Shown here piece after piece: positions 1 through 13,231 of a DNA stretch of 64,000 nucleotides. The stretch comes from an uncultured Acidimicrobiia bacterium (GTDB taxonomy: Bacteria; Acidobacteriota; Terriglobia; Versatilivoradales; Versatilivoraceae). Made by a program: the position numbers and the translations under genes. Under the pieces are notes generated by a model. It saw nothing but the letters and a program-made list of their open reading frames with translations. It ran no database searches and was not told where the DNA came from. The stretch covers positions 64,001-128,000 of the forward strand of contig CAWBAT010000003.1 of assembly GCA_963786955.1 (NCBI GenBank), read 5' to 3'. Every line of letters starts with the position of its first letter. Position 1 is the stretch's first letter.

Positions 1-699
1 AGGGTCTGACCAGAGAGCCGCCAACAGGCGCAGGCACTGATTCTTGAAGGATTAGTCTTCGCCAATGAACAGCGAATCGAAAAGCCTGGAACCCGGGTGG
101 ACGTGTCTTCCAGTATTCGATTAAAGAAATTGCCGCCTCCTTACGTCTCAAGAGGAGGCCTGAAATTAGAGAAGGCCTTGAAAGTCTTTGCGTTGTCCAT
201 TAAAGATTGGGTTTGTCTTGATGTCGGAGCCTCGACAGGCGGATTCACTGATTGTCTGCTGCAACATGGCGCGGCAAAAGTATTTGCCGTCGATGTCGGA
301 CACAATCAACTGGATTGGAAATTACGAAGTGATCCTCGAGTCGTGTCATTTGAAGGCGTTAACGCACGTTACCTTAGTTTCGACACAATAGGCGCCAAAG
401 TAGACTTGATTACAATGGATCTTTCCTTTATTTCACTCACGCTTGTGTTGCCTGTCATTCCCCAGTTTACTAAGCCTGGAACATCGGTCATTTGCCTGGT
501 GAAACCTCAGTTTGAAGTCGGAAAAGGAGAAGTTGAAAAAGGCGGACTTGTAACGGACCCAGGGAAGCATATTCAAGTCGTTCAGAAAATCCGGGTCGGG
601 GCAGTAGGCTTAGGATTCCGCGAACTCGGAGTCATCGAGTCACCTATTGAAGGCATGGAAGGAAATAAAGAGTTCCTGATGGGACTGGTCATGGACTAG
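1..699 (+). CDS. tlyA: TlyA-family RNA methyltransferase (5' end outside window)
   Basis: Motifs YVSRGGLKL, LDVGASTGGFTD, VDVGHNQL, DLSFISL, LVKPQFE and GNKEF. An S4-like segment (ESRQQAQALILEG) lies upstream of 97, with an indel near position 10. Confidence 0.93.
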
Positions 700-960
700 C
701 AATCTGGCACCATTGGGGTGGTGTCCGGGATTGAAAGCTTGAAAAGCCTCCAGGGGTAGGTATTGAGAGCGCCACAGGGACTTGGTAATCGTTAGTGTTT
801 ATCTCTCTCTCCCCCAACGCGTGGGATACAGGGGTGGTGCTTTTTTTTCTCTTCTCATCTCCAGCCTTGCTCTATGATTGCCGGCCAATCCTCATCCCCG
901 TCGGGGCGTCCTATCTATAGCTCTGCATCCGCCGGCGAAAATTTCCCCTCTCCTCCAGTT

Positions 961-985
961 GTAGGCCGGGTCCCCCGACCTGGCG
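961..985 (+). repeat. GTAG-type REP-like hairpin
   Basis: gtag-gccgggtc-cccc-gacctggc: GTAG foot followed by a 7/8 stem. Confidence 0.35.
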
Positions 986-1147
986 TCACAGCGGGTCGGG
1001 TGTGGTGGATAAGCATTATCTTCCCATTGCGGGATAGGGAAAAATTAGTTGATGGAAATTTTACCTGGGTTTGCTGCGCTGAACTCTGGGCTATTTATAG
1101 GTCGCTCCTAGCGGGGCTCTTTAGGGATCGCAGCCCCCGTCGGCCAA

Positions 1148-2376
1148 TTATGATCTGTGCTGAAGTGATTGGCCTGTTGGGTCGCCTGGCCCCAACCACA
1201 CTGTGAGACGTCGCCGGAGCCTATGCCGCATAGGCTCCTCGACGAGCAAGAAAGCCAGAATTGACACACCAATGGCAACGAACACATATGCGACAAACAA
1301 TGGCCAGGTGTTTGGCGATTCGGCCCTAAACCAAGCCCGAGAAATAAAATACGTCCAGAAAATAAGTGGTATATGGAGCAAGTAAAGTGCATAACTGGCG
1401 TTCCCTAACAGCACCATCAACCGCGAAGACAGGACTTTTGCTAGCAGTCCGCCTCCCAAAGCTAATCCGAAAATAAGCAGGGCGTTCAACGGTGCCACCA
1501 GACTTCGACTCTGCGTTACGGGAAAGGGATACTCGGAACTGAAGGCAACAGCGGCGACCATCAAGCCTAGCCCCACTAGCGAAAGGGTTCCACCCAACTG
1601 GCGCAGCTTGACTTGGTTCGCCGGCGGATCGTCGCCGTGCAAGAGGTACAGCCGACCCAAGAGAATCCCAATCACGAAATCCGGCAGTCGCAAAAGCGGA
1701 TTCATTTGCACTGCTTTGATCAGTAGTGGCATTGCTGACTGATCCACGATTCCGCGTCCGTCTGGCCCTATGATCTGTGCAAGCACCGGCGGAACTTGTG
1801 CCGCCACCCAGACAACCAACATGGAGACCAGCAATTGCAATCGCGTGAGTGCTCGTAAACGCCGTAGCAACCAAGGAAAGCACCAGTAAAAGAACGTTTC
1901 ATCGGAAAGTGACCAAGAAGGGAAATTCCACCACCAAGCGGTTTGTGGCAACCAGGATTGAACTAAACAACCCACCAAGACCGTTGCTGCTATCTTCGAG
2001 AGTAGCGGAGTTCGATCATTGAGCGAGAGGTCTCCGAGGAGCTGCGGGATTGCAATGACCAACCCGAGCAGATAAACCGGGTAGACACGAGCCAGTCGCG
2101 CGGCCCAAAACTGCTGATCCGCAACCCGGCATCCGCGCTCGCGGTCGAGGTAGTTGTACGTTAGGATGAACCCCGACAAAAGAAGAATAGACTGACACTC
2201 AAGTCTGCGTGCCAGGCGACGTTCTGGATCCACACCGGCACGCCAGGCAATTGACCCAAACCGGCATGGAAAATCAGAACGTGAAAAGCCGCGAGAAAAC
2301 GTAGTCCAGTCAATGCTCCCAGACGGCTTTCTGGGCGCTTTTGAACAGCTGGGGAGTAGTCTTTTCCTTGGCCCAT
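1148..2376 (-). CDS. Acyltransferase-3 (OafA-like) membrane acyltransferase, frameshifted near 2170
   Basis: LTGLRFLAAFHVLIFH, LSGFILTY, RLARVYPVY, WSLSDETFFY, LGNASYALYLLH and VEEPMR, spread across ORFs 2161..2376 and 1148..2233. Confidence 0.88.
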
Positions 2377-2588
2377 CCGAGATTATACCGCGCTATCGAG
2401 TTTCCAGAGTCGCATTCACAAGATATTTTGCTATGAATACTTATGACACGATGAAATATTCACGGATCGGCGGACAACGGTTTTCGAAAAGCTTCCATCC
2501 CGGTAATATCCCAGAGATCTTTCTTTTCCGGCAAATTGGAGCGCGAAAGAGCGTAAACCTCATCCTTGACCCGCGCGTGAACGCAGCT

Positions 2589-2646
2589 GGCGGGGTTGCT
2601 GCCCGCATCTCATTGGGTTAGCACACGTTGCCACTTGCTGATGGAA
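2589..2646 (-). repeat. Degenerate 58-bp copy of the cstA 3' end (direct repeat with 4461..4518)
   Basis: Manual ungapped alignment gives 52/58 identity. It translates SISKWQRVLTQ*DAGSNPA versus cst[20 protein letters not shown]. Confidence 0.85.
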
Positions 2647-3585
2647 CGCCTGAAGATTGGAGAAGTTTCTCAGATTCGGTTCGATAGAAACCGAAGCGGG
2701 CATTGTCGCCTACGAGCCAGAAAGCCAGCGCCTGCTGCAGCGTGCCTTCTGTCCAAACGGTGTCGCGGTCAGTATTCAGATCGAACCCTGTCACTTGTTT
2801 TTTCCCCGAGTAGCGCTGCGTAGCTTTGGTGTAGGACTCCACCCAGAAACTGCCGTTCGAATAGCCCGCCCCCAAAACTTGCGTCCCGAGCGCCTGGGCG
2901 TCGGTCACGATCGTTGGATCGACCTTGCCCGTCAAGAACCGCGTTCCATTCCAACATTCCCGAACCAGGAAATCTCGAATCAGCATGGCTCGACTCCCGT
3001 AGGCAGGCAAATTCTGAACCAGAGCGAGATTGGAGATGGCTGAGTAAGCAGCCAGGTTGTTTTCGGTGCTCTTCCAGGCAACACCAGGCCGGGCAAGAAC
3101 CCCGCGTCTGTGCTGTCCTGCAACGTGACCAGGAAGTCAGCAATCCCCCGCGCAATACTGTCGTAACGGTGGTCACCCGTTCGCCATGAGAAGAGATTCA
3201 TCGCCTGAAGCAGGTATGCATTGTGTCCTGTTGCCAGAATGCCGCCCGCACTGGCGCCTGTGGTTTGGTAGCGATGTAGAAACCCGCCACCTGGAGCCTG
3301 GCCAATCCCGACGAATCCATCCAAAACACGTTGTGCCGAGAGGCGGTCTCCAGCTGAAAGAAAGGCCATCGCGGCAAGCGCATTGTCATATGTGTAGGAA
3401 TAGTTAGTTCTATCTTCAACGAACGAATCCAGGAGGCCGGCGGTTCCCATGCGACTCCTTAGAAAATCTAGGGCCGCCTCGCCGGGAGTCGCCCCTTGCA
3501 ATCCCCGCGGAATTGACATCAAGCCAACCAAAACAATCACTGGACCCAGGGGGAGTTTGAGGAAGTAAGACCGACAGGTATTCAT
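2618..3585 (-). CDS. Secreted protein, possibly six-hairpin (alpha/alpha) glycosidase-like; frameshifted and apparently 3'-truncated
   Basis: Signal-like N-terminus and motifs YTYDNALAAMAF and VWTEGT. Two ORFs (2980..3642, 2618..3010) join by a frameshift, and the frame ends inside the cstA-like repeat. Confidence 0.5.
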
Positions 3586-3841
3586 TGATGCACCATTTCT
3601 ATCAACATCAAGTTTGCAAGGATAGGATTCCGACCAGACCAAACCAGGGTTGTGAGGATCAAGTTACAATTAGGCTGCCTCAGTTTGAATTGCTTTGAGT
3701 AAAGAAGAGCAGTTTGAGGAACCCGTTTCGAATGAGAGAGTTAACTGCTCAACCATTTAACTGACCCAGTAGAGCCATTCACGGGTTAAGAGAAAAACTC
3801 TTCCACCTAGCAGAATGAACTAACCCTAAGGCGTCCTTGAT

Positions 3842-4098
3842 TCACCTTTCGCACGTGCCGCCCTGTCGCACTATCTCAACATGCGGAATTCCATCTTCAA
3901 TATGAGTGGGAGAGGTCGTTACAAATCCAAATTCGGAGTAAAACATTTCCAGATACTGTAGGGCGCCGATGCGAATCACAAGACCTGGGTAGAGTTTGTC
4001 CATTGCCTGGACAGCTCTCCGCTTCAATTCTTTCCCAAACTTTGCCCCCTGAGCTCAGGTAAGGCGATCACTCTTCCGATTGAAGGCTTGCGATACTA
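3842..4098 (-). pseudogene. ElaA-family GNAT acetyltransferase, C-terminal fragment
   Basis: PSIGRVIALPELRG...IRIGALQYLEMFYSEFGF...EDGIPHVE. The N-terminal half is not recognisable upstream. Confidence 0.75.
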
Positions 4099-4439
4099 CT
4101 GATAAGAAATTGGTTTTAAGGCGGCACGGCCACAAGCGTGTTCGGTCCGACTGAAACAGCGCTATAATGGGGGAGAGTTTGCCATAGGGTGGGTGACGAA
4201 GGCAAGGATGAAGGCAAACGTCCCCTGCGATCGGACCGGGTTTGCCCGCAGGGGACGTGATCGTGTCTGAATCTGGCGGCGAGAGACAAACCGGTGCCGT
4301 CGCTAGGGCTCAACCGTTCGTGTACATGAGCGGTTCGCTGTCGTAGTCGGGAAACGGGTCATCCCTGCATTGTTCGATGACACAGTCGGGCCGAATTCAT
4401 TCTTATTCTGCTGCGGTGGGGAAATTCGAGTGTTGCCAC

Positions 4440-6266
4440 CTAGAGAGGCTCTACAGGGAGGGCGGGGTTGGTGCCCGCATATCTTTGGGTTAGCACACGT
4501 CGCCATTTGTTGATGGAATCCACCAAGACAATGATCAGGCAAACCATCATGACAGCAGTCAGAAATACGTTTAGGATCCCTTGAAAACCCTCTCCCGGAA
4601 TTGGGCTCCGGGCAAGGGGTAGAAAGTTATCCACGATGCTGAGATAGCCAGCAGTCAACGTCGTGCTGGACACAAAACATAAGGGGAGGAGGGTCACCAG
4701 CGCGAATTTCGCTCTTCCCATGTTGATGATGAAAGTGGTTCCGACGCACAGTGCAATGGCTGCCAATAGCTGATTCGAAATTCCAAACATGGGCCAAATC
4801 GTGCTGATGCTGCCTGTAAAGATGAAGAAGGACCAACCGCTGACGACAAGCACACTGGAAAGAATCGTGCCTGGCATCCAGTCGGTCCTCCCCATCGGTT
4901 TGTAAAATCGGCCAATAAATTCCTGAACCAGAAAGCGGGCGACCCGCGTGCCCGCATCGATCGTCGTCAAAATGAATAAGGCTTCAAACATGATGGCAAA
5001 GTGATACCAATAGGACATGAGCCCTTTCATGCCGGGGATCGCTGTGAAGATTTGAGCCATCCCCACTGCCAAAGAGACCGCTCCTCCCGGCCTTCCGGTC
5101 ACTACTTCACCTACCTCGCGTTCCAGTTCCGGAAGATTCACGACACTGAGTCCGAGATGAGAAAATTTCTCGGGGGAGACGTTGATCGCGAAATAGTCTC
5201 CAGGGAATAGCGCTGCGGCAGCGATGAGGGCAGTCACCCCGACCACGCCCTCCATTAGCATTGCCCCGTAGCCGATCGGTCGAATGTGAGATTCCAAAGA
5301 GATCATCTTAGGAGTCGTCCCAGAACCCACCAGAGAATGAAAACCCGAAATCGCTCCACAAGCGATCGTGATGAACACGAAAGGAAACATCTTTCCCGGG
5401 ATGATGGGTCCACCCCCGTCTACAAATTGACTGAAAGCAGGCATTTTCAATTGGGGATGGACAATGAACACTCCCAGGATCAGGAAAGCGATCGTCCCAA
5501 TCTTCATGAAAGATGAGAGATAATCCCGCGGACAAAGCAGCATCCAGACAGGCAAAACCGAGGCAGCCAGGCCATAGATAGCCAAACAGAGCGTGATTTG
5601 GTCCTTAGATAGGGTGAAGAAGCTTCCGAGAGGTGATCCCGGGATCAGTTTGCCACCTATTACGGCGAGGCTTAGTGCTACAACTCCGATGATAGTGGCC
5701 TCCCGAGTCTTGCCGACTCGAAAGCGAAACATGTAGAACCCCATAAATATGGCGATGGGGATGGTTGTGGCAATCGTAAAAGTTCCCCAGGCGCTCTCCT
5801 TAAGTGCATTAACGACAGCCAAACCTAAACCAGCCAATGCAATGACGACAATAAAAAGGATCGCCAACGCCGTGGTAAATCCTGCTAACGGTGAGATTTG
5901 GTTCCGTGCAATTTCAGCCAGCGATTTCCCATCACTGCGAACGGATGCAAACAGAATGACGAAATCGTGCACGGCCCCTGCGAGAACCACTCCAATGACC
6001 AACCAGAGTAATCCTGGCAAGAAACCAAACTGGGTAGCCAGAACCGGTCCAATTAAGGGGCCCGCCCCTGTAATTGCGGCAAAATGGTGACCAAAGAGGA
6101 CCCATTTACTGGTTGGATAATAGTTTTGTCCGTCATACAAACGGTAAGCAGGAGTTTGTCTTGTATCGTCTAAGACCAGTACCTTGGTGGCGATGAAGGC
6201 ACTGTAGTAGCGATAGGCGATCGCGACAACGCAAAGCATTCCGAGCATTAGAGGCAGGGCATTCAT
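4440..6266 (-). CDS. cstA: Carbon starvation CstA-family transporter
   Basis: [58 protein letters not shown]. Likely start MNALPLML at 6266. Confidence 0.96.
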   Translation of the reverse strand: MNALPLMLGMLCVVAIAYRYYSAFIATKVLVLDDTRQTPAYRLYDGQNYYPTSKWVLFGHHFAAITGAGPLIGPVLATQFGFLPGLLWLVIGVVLAGAVHDFVILFASVRSDGKSLAEIARNQISPLAGFTTALAILFIVVIALAGLGLAVVNALKESAWGTFTIATTIPIAIFMGFYMFRFRVGKTREATIIGVVALSLAVIGGKLIPGSPLGSFFTLSKDQITLCLAIYGLAASVLPVWMLLCPRDYLSSFMKIGTIAFLILGVFIVHPQLKMPAFSQFVDGGGPIIPGKMFPFVFITIACGAISGFHSLVGSGTTPKMISLESHIRPIGYGAMLMEGVVGVTALIAAAALFPGDYFAINVSPEKFSHLGLSVVNLPELEREVGEVVTGRPGGAVSLAVGMAQIFTAIPGMKGLMSYWYHFAIMFEALFILTTIDAGTRVARFLVQEFIGRFYKPMGRTDWMPGTILSSVLVVSGWSFFIFTGSISTIWPMFGISNQLLAAIALCVGTTFIINMGRAKFALVTLLPLCFVSSTTLTAGYLSIVDNFLPLARSPIPGEGFQGILNVFLTAVMMVCLIIVLVDSINKWRRVLTQRYAGTNPALPVEPL

Positions 6267-6288
6267 GTGATTACTCCGTATGGCTCGA

Positions 6289-7086
<798 letters not shown>

Positions 7087-7273
7087 CGTCGATACAGAAA
7101 TTCTTTTATTGGCCTACAAGGATATCCTGTTAGAAATGTCGATCTCAAGACAGGAGATCATTTTAGCACAGTCCAAGATATGGATTGCGAACGTCGATCA
7201 ATCCGGTTAATATTTTGCGCTTCAGATGGGAGTCAGATTCTCATCTGTCTAGCAGTCAGGAGCCAAAGATTTT

Positions 7274-8119
7274 ATGTCCATTCGCCATATCACGGTTGCC
7301 CATAGCCCCGATTCTGACGACGCATTCATGTTCTATGCTCTGGCAACCAATAAAATTAAAACCGGGGATTTGAAATTTCGACACGTGCTCAGCGACATCG
7401 AGACCCTTAACCGAAAGGCCATGGAAGGTGAGTACGATGTCACGGCCATTTCATTCCATGCCTATTCCTATTTGGCAGACAAATATGCTTTCTTAAGAAC
7501 AGGAGCCAGCATGGGCGATCGATATGGCCCCATCATCGTGGCAGAAATGCCCATCAAGCCTCAAGACCTGAAAGGCAAGATTATCGCTGTCCCCGGATCA
7601 CTGACAACGGCGTTTCTGGTGCTTAAACTATTCGAGCCGGATTTCACGCCCTTAGTAGTTCCATTCGACAAGGTTTTTGAGAGTGTCTTAAAACAAAAAG
7701 CCGATGCGGGGCTCGTCATTCATGAGGGGCAATTGACATTTGCAGATTCGGGTTTGCACAAGGTTGTTGACCTCGGCGAATGGTGGCAGAAAGAGACTCA
7801 GTTGCCGTTGCCGTTGGGAGGAAATGTCGTCAAGAAGGATCTCGGACCTCAGCTCATTTCCGAGATTGGACGCTACCTTCGACAAAGCATTGAATACGCC
7901 CTGGATCACCGTGAAGAAGCGTTGAATTATGCCCTGCAATTTGCGCGAGATATGGAAACTCATTTGGTCGACAAATTTGTCGGGATGTACGTGAACGAGC
8001 GCACGCTCGACTACGGTGAAGCGGAATGCCGGGCAGTCCAGTTACTGCTCGACATGGGGTATGAAAAAAGAGTGATCGACCACCCCGTTAAATTTGAATT
8101 TGCGGAAGACCCCCTCTAG
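7274..8119 (+). CDS. mqnD: 1,4-dihydroxy-6-naphthoate synthase (futalosine menaquinone pathway)
   Basis: AHSPDSDDAFMF, DIETLN, LVIHEGQ, DLGEWW, LPLPLGG, GMYVN. Confidence 0.92.
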   Translation: MSIRHITVAHSPDSDDAFMFYALATNKIKTGDLKFRHVLSDIETLNRKAMEGEYDVTAISFHAYSYLADKYAFLRTGASMGDRYGPIIVAEMPIKPQDLKGKIIAVPGSLTTAFLVLKLFEPDFTPLVVPFDKVFESVLKQKADAGLVIHEGQLTFADSGLHKVVDLGEWWQKETQLPLPLGGNVVKKDLGPQLISEIGRYLRQSIEYALDHREEALNYALQFARDMETHLVDKFVGMYVNERTLDYGEAECRAVQLLLDMGYEKRVIDHPVKFEFAEDPL

Positions 8120-8376
8120 TAGATTTCAGCGCGCAACGCAGCACAGCCACCCTTTTACTCCGGGCCAAGACCATCTATGGGACTCCCATCGTTTGCCGGT
8201 AACCAACCTAACTTTCAGTCTCGACTTGGAGTGTCTTGTCTGAGCTTCGCCAGCAAAAGTCAGAACTAAAAGAATCGCAATGCTCAGAAGGAGTTTATTT
8301 TCTCTCATGGCCATTCGTTACTTATTATAAAATCGAGTGGAAAGGTAGAAGGAGAAGGAGTGGAGGCGTATGCACG

Positions 8377-9173
8377 ATGTTCGGACTGATGAATAAGATT
8401 GTGATTATTACTGGCGGAGGCGCAGGCGTAGGCAGAGCCACCGCGCTTGCCTTTGCCGAAATCGGCGCCCGGGTTGTGGTGGCTGATGTCAATCGGGATC
8501 CTGCTCAAGAAGTGATCGAACAAATTAAGTCCAGAGGGCAAGAGGCCGTATTTGTCGAGGCAGATATTTCTGTCTCCAGTGAGGCCCAAAGCGTTGTTTC
8601 CTCATCGATCGAGACCTTTGGAGGGGTTGATATCCTTTTCAATAACGCGGGAATCCAGCCAGCCGCGAGTTACGCGAACGCGGAAGATCATTCCGAAGAA
8701 TTATGGGACCGGATCATGGCCGTCAACGTTAAAGGTGCTTTCTTGATGGCGAAGCACGCTATTCCTGAGATGAAGAAAAGAAAGGCCGGGGTTATCATTA
8801 ACAATGCGAGTGTCCAGGGACTGCACTCTCAGAAATTTGTTCCTGCTTATGCGGCGAGTAAGGGAGCCTTGTTATCTTTGACCCGAAATCTTGCCCTGGA
8901 TTATGCGGAACACAATATCCGAGTCTTGGCTATCTGCCCCGGCTCGGTGAACACACCACTGTTACAGGAGGCGGCAGAAACGATTCTCTCCCTCAAGACC
9001 CAGCCGGCGCTATCGTCTCATGGGGGAGGAAGCATCCCTTGGGTCGCGTTGCCAGCCCGGAAGAAGTAGCACAGGTTGTCGTCTTTCTCTCCGGAGAAGG
9101 GGCTTCATTTATGACGGGAGAACACATCTGTGTTGACGGTGGACTCACAGCAAAGGGATCCTGGAATGACTAG
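8377..9173 (+). CDS. SDR-family oxidoreductase, frameshift near 8990
   Basis: [12 protein letters not shown] and YAASK. The C-terminus ([13 protein letters not shown]...[11 protein letters not shown]) continues in another frame. Confidence 0.92.
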
Positions 9174-9276
9174 TGCTCAGTTGCATAAATTCGAGGTAAT
9201 TGCTCTAGCCGGGGACGTTGACCCCGGCCGGCCAGCCGGGCCAGCACCAACACGGACTTCTGCAACTAAATGCTAG
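9170..9276. mobile_element. Possible MITE-like element with CTAG ends
   Basis: Imperfect terminal inverted repeats (17/24, core agttgca/tgcaact), both ends CTAG, and an internal hairpin gccgggg...ccccggc. Confidence 0.35.
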
Positions 9277-9342
9277 ACTGAAAGCCGATGGCTATTTTCA
9301 AGAATTGAATTCTATCATTTAAAACAAAGGAGGAAATTTCAA

Positions 9343-9723
9343 ATGGTTCGACAGAGCGATTGTTTTATTCTTAGGCGGCGTTTTTTCTTGTTTCTGTTGG
9401 AGGGATGAGTTCCGCGGAAAAGACGGCCACAGTTAAAGGCTATGTCCTCGACTCTGCCTGCGCTTTTACTAAGAAGTCTGGAAAAGCCAATTAGCTCGGA
9501 ATGTGCTGTGTCATGCGCAAAGGCGGGATCCCCCTTAGTCATTCTGGCTGAGGATGGGAGGATCTATTTGCCTATCGCTAAGGAGATGCCTGCCAAAGGG
9601 CAGAATGGAACACTCATGAAGTGGGCGGGTCAAAAAGTCGTGGTTACAGGTTCGGTCTATCAAAGAAGCGGGTCCCACGCCATCGTCATTGAAAAGATTG
9701 AAGCGGACAGCGCGGGAAAATAG
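9343..9723 (+). CDS. Small secreted Cys-containing hypothetical protein, frameshifted
   Basis: RBS aggagg, hydrophobic N-terminus, VKGYVLDSAC...CAVSCAKAGSPLVIL...GQKVVVTGSV. Confidence 0.65.
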
Positions 9724-10052
9724 TGCTGAACTGAACGACTAAAACAATTCACTCTATTCCCAGAAAGATTCTCTGGGATGCGGGGAATCGTGGCGGCGTT
9801 CACACCGCCCCCTTTCTCGTGCACCGAAGGGCGCGTTGTCTTTGCCCTTATTGAGTTGTTTCTCAGTCATCTTCGGACCCAAGGCGTCTGCGCTTAGTGT
9901 TGAATTCACTACACTAACCCGAAGACCTGACTCTCATCCCAATGTGCAAGATGGCCCGCCCCCTCAAACTCTGCCATTCTGGCATCTAGCTCCCAACCTA
10001 CCGATTGAAAGGAAAGGCATCCGCCCACGACAGATAATCATAGGGGACGACC

Positions 10053-13000
10053 ATGCTGAAATTATACCGATGGTGGAACCTCCCTAAATTTGCCCTTGCC
10101 GTAGCATTGTTATCCTTTGTACGTTGCCTGGCTCGAATCATTCACAGTAACGGACAACAAGCCCTTGCTCCATGAGTCAGAACTTGACCGGGTACTCAAT
10201 CCACAAGCATTGAAATCCATCCACTTCTCCCGAAAGTACTGAACAACTGCGAATCCGTTTCGCCAACCCGCCCATGGATTATCGCTCCATGCCACTATGG
10301 GTATGGAATGATGAACTCGATTGGGCTCATCTTAAGCAACAATTATCCCAGTTTAAAGAACAAGGAATGGGAGGGGTTTTATTCATCCTCGTCCTGGGTT
10401 AATGACGGAATATTTGGGAGACGAAAGGTTCCGGCTTTGGAAGCTGTCGGCTGAGGAGGGGGAAAGACTCGGTATTAGTGTAGAAAGAAGCCCGGACGGT
10501 ACGGTTCGAGAAATTCACCGGGTTTACAAGGCGGACGATGGGAAATCTGGAAAACCACTACTCCGTTTCCGGCTCTTCCGATCTGCAGGAAATCCTTGGA
10601 CGGCTGATTTCCCCTATACGGATTTGATCAATCCTGAAACCACCCGCCTCTTTATTGAAACCACCTATGAGGCTTATCGAAAGCAAGTCGGTGAATTTTT
10701 TGGAAACACTGTCAAATGGGCATTTGATGATGAGCCATTACTTGCCGGTGGTATTTATGACTTCGCCTCTTTATCGCTTCCATTGAGCCGCTATATCTTG
10801 TCTGAGTTCCAAAAGCGATGCCAATATGATCTCGCAGACCATCTTCCCTCCCTTTTCTGGGATGTCGGAAATTACCGGAAGGTTCGATTTGATTACTACC
10901 AGACCACTCACGATTTATGGAAAGAAAATTATCTTTCGTACCTCTTTTTTTATGGTGTGATCGCAATAACCTATTGTTCACCGGGCACGGGTTGGAACAT
11001 GAATGGCCCGAATCCATGGCTCAGTCCTGCGGACGGGTCATTCTACGCTTATGAGCATGCTCCAGGGATTGACCTATTGCGAGGGGCTGAACTTCGGGAA
11101 AATGGCTCGGATCCGTGGAGGCTTTTTCATATCAAACAGGCAGCCAGCGTTTCCCATCAACTGGGCCGAAGGACTTTGTGTGAAGCATACGGGGTAGCCG
11201 GATGGGATAGTACTTTCGAACACTATAAACGCGTTGGCGACTGGTTGATGGTGCACGGAATCGATTTCATGGATCAGCATCTTTCTCTGTCAACTATCCG
11301 TGGGGCCAGGAAGCGAGACCATCCGCAAAGCTTTTCAGATATATCTGCCTGGTGGCCGTACTACAAATTGCACGGTGATTACCTGGGGCGTGTTTCCTAT
11401 ATGCTGAGCCGGGGAAGTCCAGCCAATCGGCTCCTTGTGTTAAAGCCGACCACCAGTGGTTTTATTTCCACTTACCGCTATGGGTTAACCCCAGAGCTGC
11501 AGAATCTGCGAAGCACATACAGTGAACTCATGCAGGCTCTGGCTGACCATCAAATCGACTTCGACCTGGGTGATGAGTATCTCCTGGAGTGGTTTGGGAA
11601 AGTTGAAGGCAAGAGACTTAGCCATTGCAAAAACCTCTTATGATTTGCTGGTATGGCCCGTCGGGATGGTCAATGTGCGACATGAGACGGTGCCGATCTT
11701 GACAAAATACCTTGAAGCCGGGGGTGAAGTATTGGCGCTTTCCCCGCCAGCTGACTATGTTGATGGCGAACCTTCAGAAGACGTTAAAAAACTTGCCCAG
11801 CGGTATTCTTCTCAGTGGCATTTTATGGACTCCCTGCCGAATTTGCTTTCGGGGATCCGGAGTCGTCTGGAACCCGGATTGTTTCAGACAGCGAATTGCC
11901 CAATGTGGGACTCTCTGAGCGATTTCTGGAGAATGGGGATCGAATCCTATTTATTGCCAATATTGGATTAGAAAAAGTGACTGCTCAATGTCGCTGTGCG
12001 CGGTGGGAGCCTTGAGAGGTGGGATCTTGTCACAGGAGCAACAGAGCCTGCCCCGTATAAGCGGGTTGACGGTGGGCGACTTCAGTTTCCGTTAAGTCTC
12101 CCGCCTGCTGGGTCTGAAATGTATCTGATCAAACAGGAAACCCTGATTTCCTCCTCCTTCTCCCAAACCATTTATATTTTCTGCTCTCAACCAGGCCATT
12201 GGAAAATTCACCCGATGGTTCTAATGTTCTGGTTCTCGACTACTGTGGGGTGAAAGTGGCCGGAGCCGATTTCCCCGATATCAACACCTGGGAAGCCAAC
12301 TGGATAATCTGGCAAAAACACGGCTTTGACAGGCCGTTTTGGGATAATGCGGTACAGTTTAAGACACGTGTTTACGACCGCAATCACTACCCTCCGGATT
12401 CGGGTTTTGATGCGACCTTTCGCTTTTATGTGGATGATGGGGGAGTCTTGCCAGACTTGGAATTGGCTATCGAGGTTCCAGAGCTCTACCAGATCAGCCT
12501 CAACGGACAGTTGCTTTCTTTCAAGGGAAGCGCCCAATGGCTCGATCCGAGACTCAGAAGTCTCTCCGTCACGAAATGGGCGAAGGTAGGGGAAAACGTG
12601 GTGAGAATCCTAGGTCAGCCTTTTGACGTTCGAATGGAATTGGAAAATATTTATTTAAAAGGTAATTTCGATGTTGTGAGCGCTGAAAAAGGATTTCGGC
12701 TGATCTCAACGCAGCCTTTTGATTTGGGCTCATGGGCAAAACAAGGTTGGCCTTTTTTCTCGGGAAGTGTCTACTATCAGACGGAATTGACTGTTCCTCA
12801 GAAAGATGACTCGGCTTCGTGTTCAACTGGGGGACTGGGCCGGGAGTGTTGTCGCTGTTGATTTAGATAATAAAGGAGGTTTCGGTGCTCGGATGGCAGC
12901 CTTATGAAATTGAAGTCCCGGTGACTCCTGGAAAGCATACGGTAGGCATTCGCGTCATTGCAAATCCCCGAAACTTGTTTGGTCCCTTTCATAACCCCAA

Positions 13001-13103
13001 CAAACCACGGATGGAGGCCTGGCCCAAGTTCTGGGCGGAGTTTCCGGAACATCAGCCGCCTGGTGCAAGCTACGATGTTCTAAACTACGGTTTGATGCAA
13101 TAG
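10053..13103 (+). CDS. Large secreted glycoside hydrolase (GH106 alpha-L-rhamnosidase-like), multiple frameshifts
   Basis: Signal peptide at 10053 and motifs FANPPMDYRSMPLWVWND, GMGGVFIHPRPGL, FDDEP, CEAYG, RKRDHP and LGSW...PFFSG across consecutive ORFs. Confidence 0.8.
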
Positions 13104-13231
13104 CCGGTCATCAGTATTGGTTTGCAAACCAAGAAATAAGGGGACACGCCGCTGGGACGGATTAGGATCTAGGTCAACATACAGGCCGATCTGCTCCCTC
13201 TCCGGCATTTAGGCTAGGACGATTGGGAAAG

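Noticed and set aside
874-1206. 110-aa + strand ORF
   Set aside because: It runs through REP-like sequence and overlaps the acyltransferase 3' end, and has no protein-like features.
7087-7273. Fluoride riboswitch upstream of crcB
   Set aside because: I could not find the GGCGAUGG...CGCC/GAUGAC-type consensus on the minus strand. An Infernal scan would settle it.
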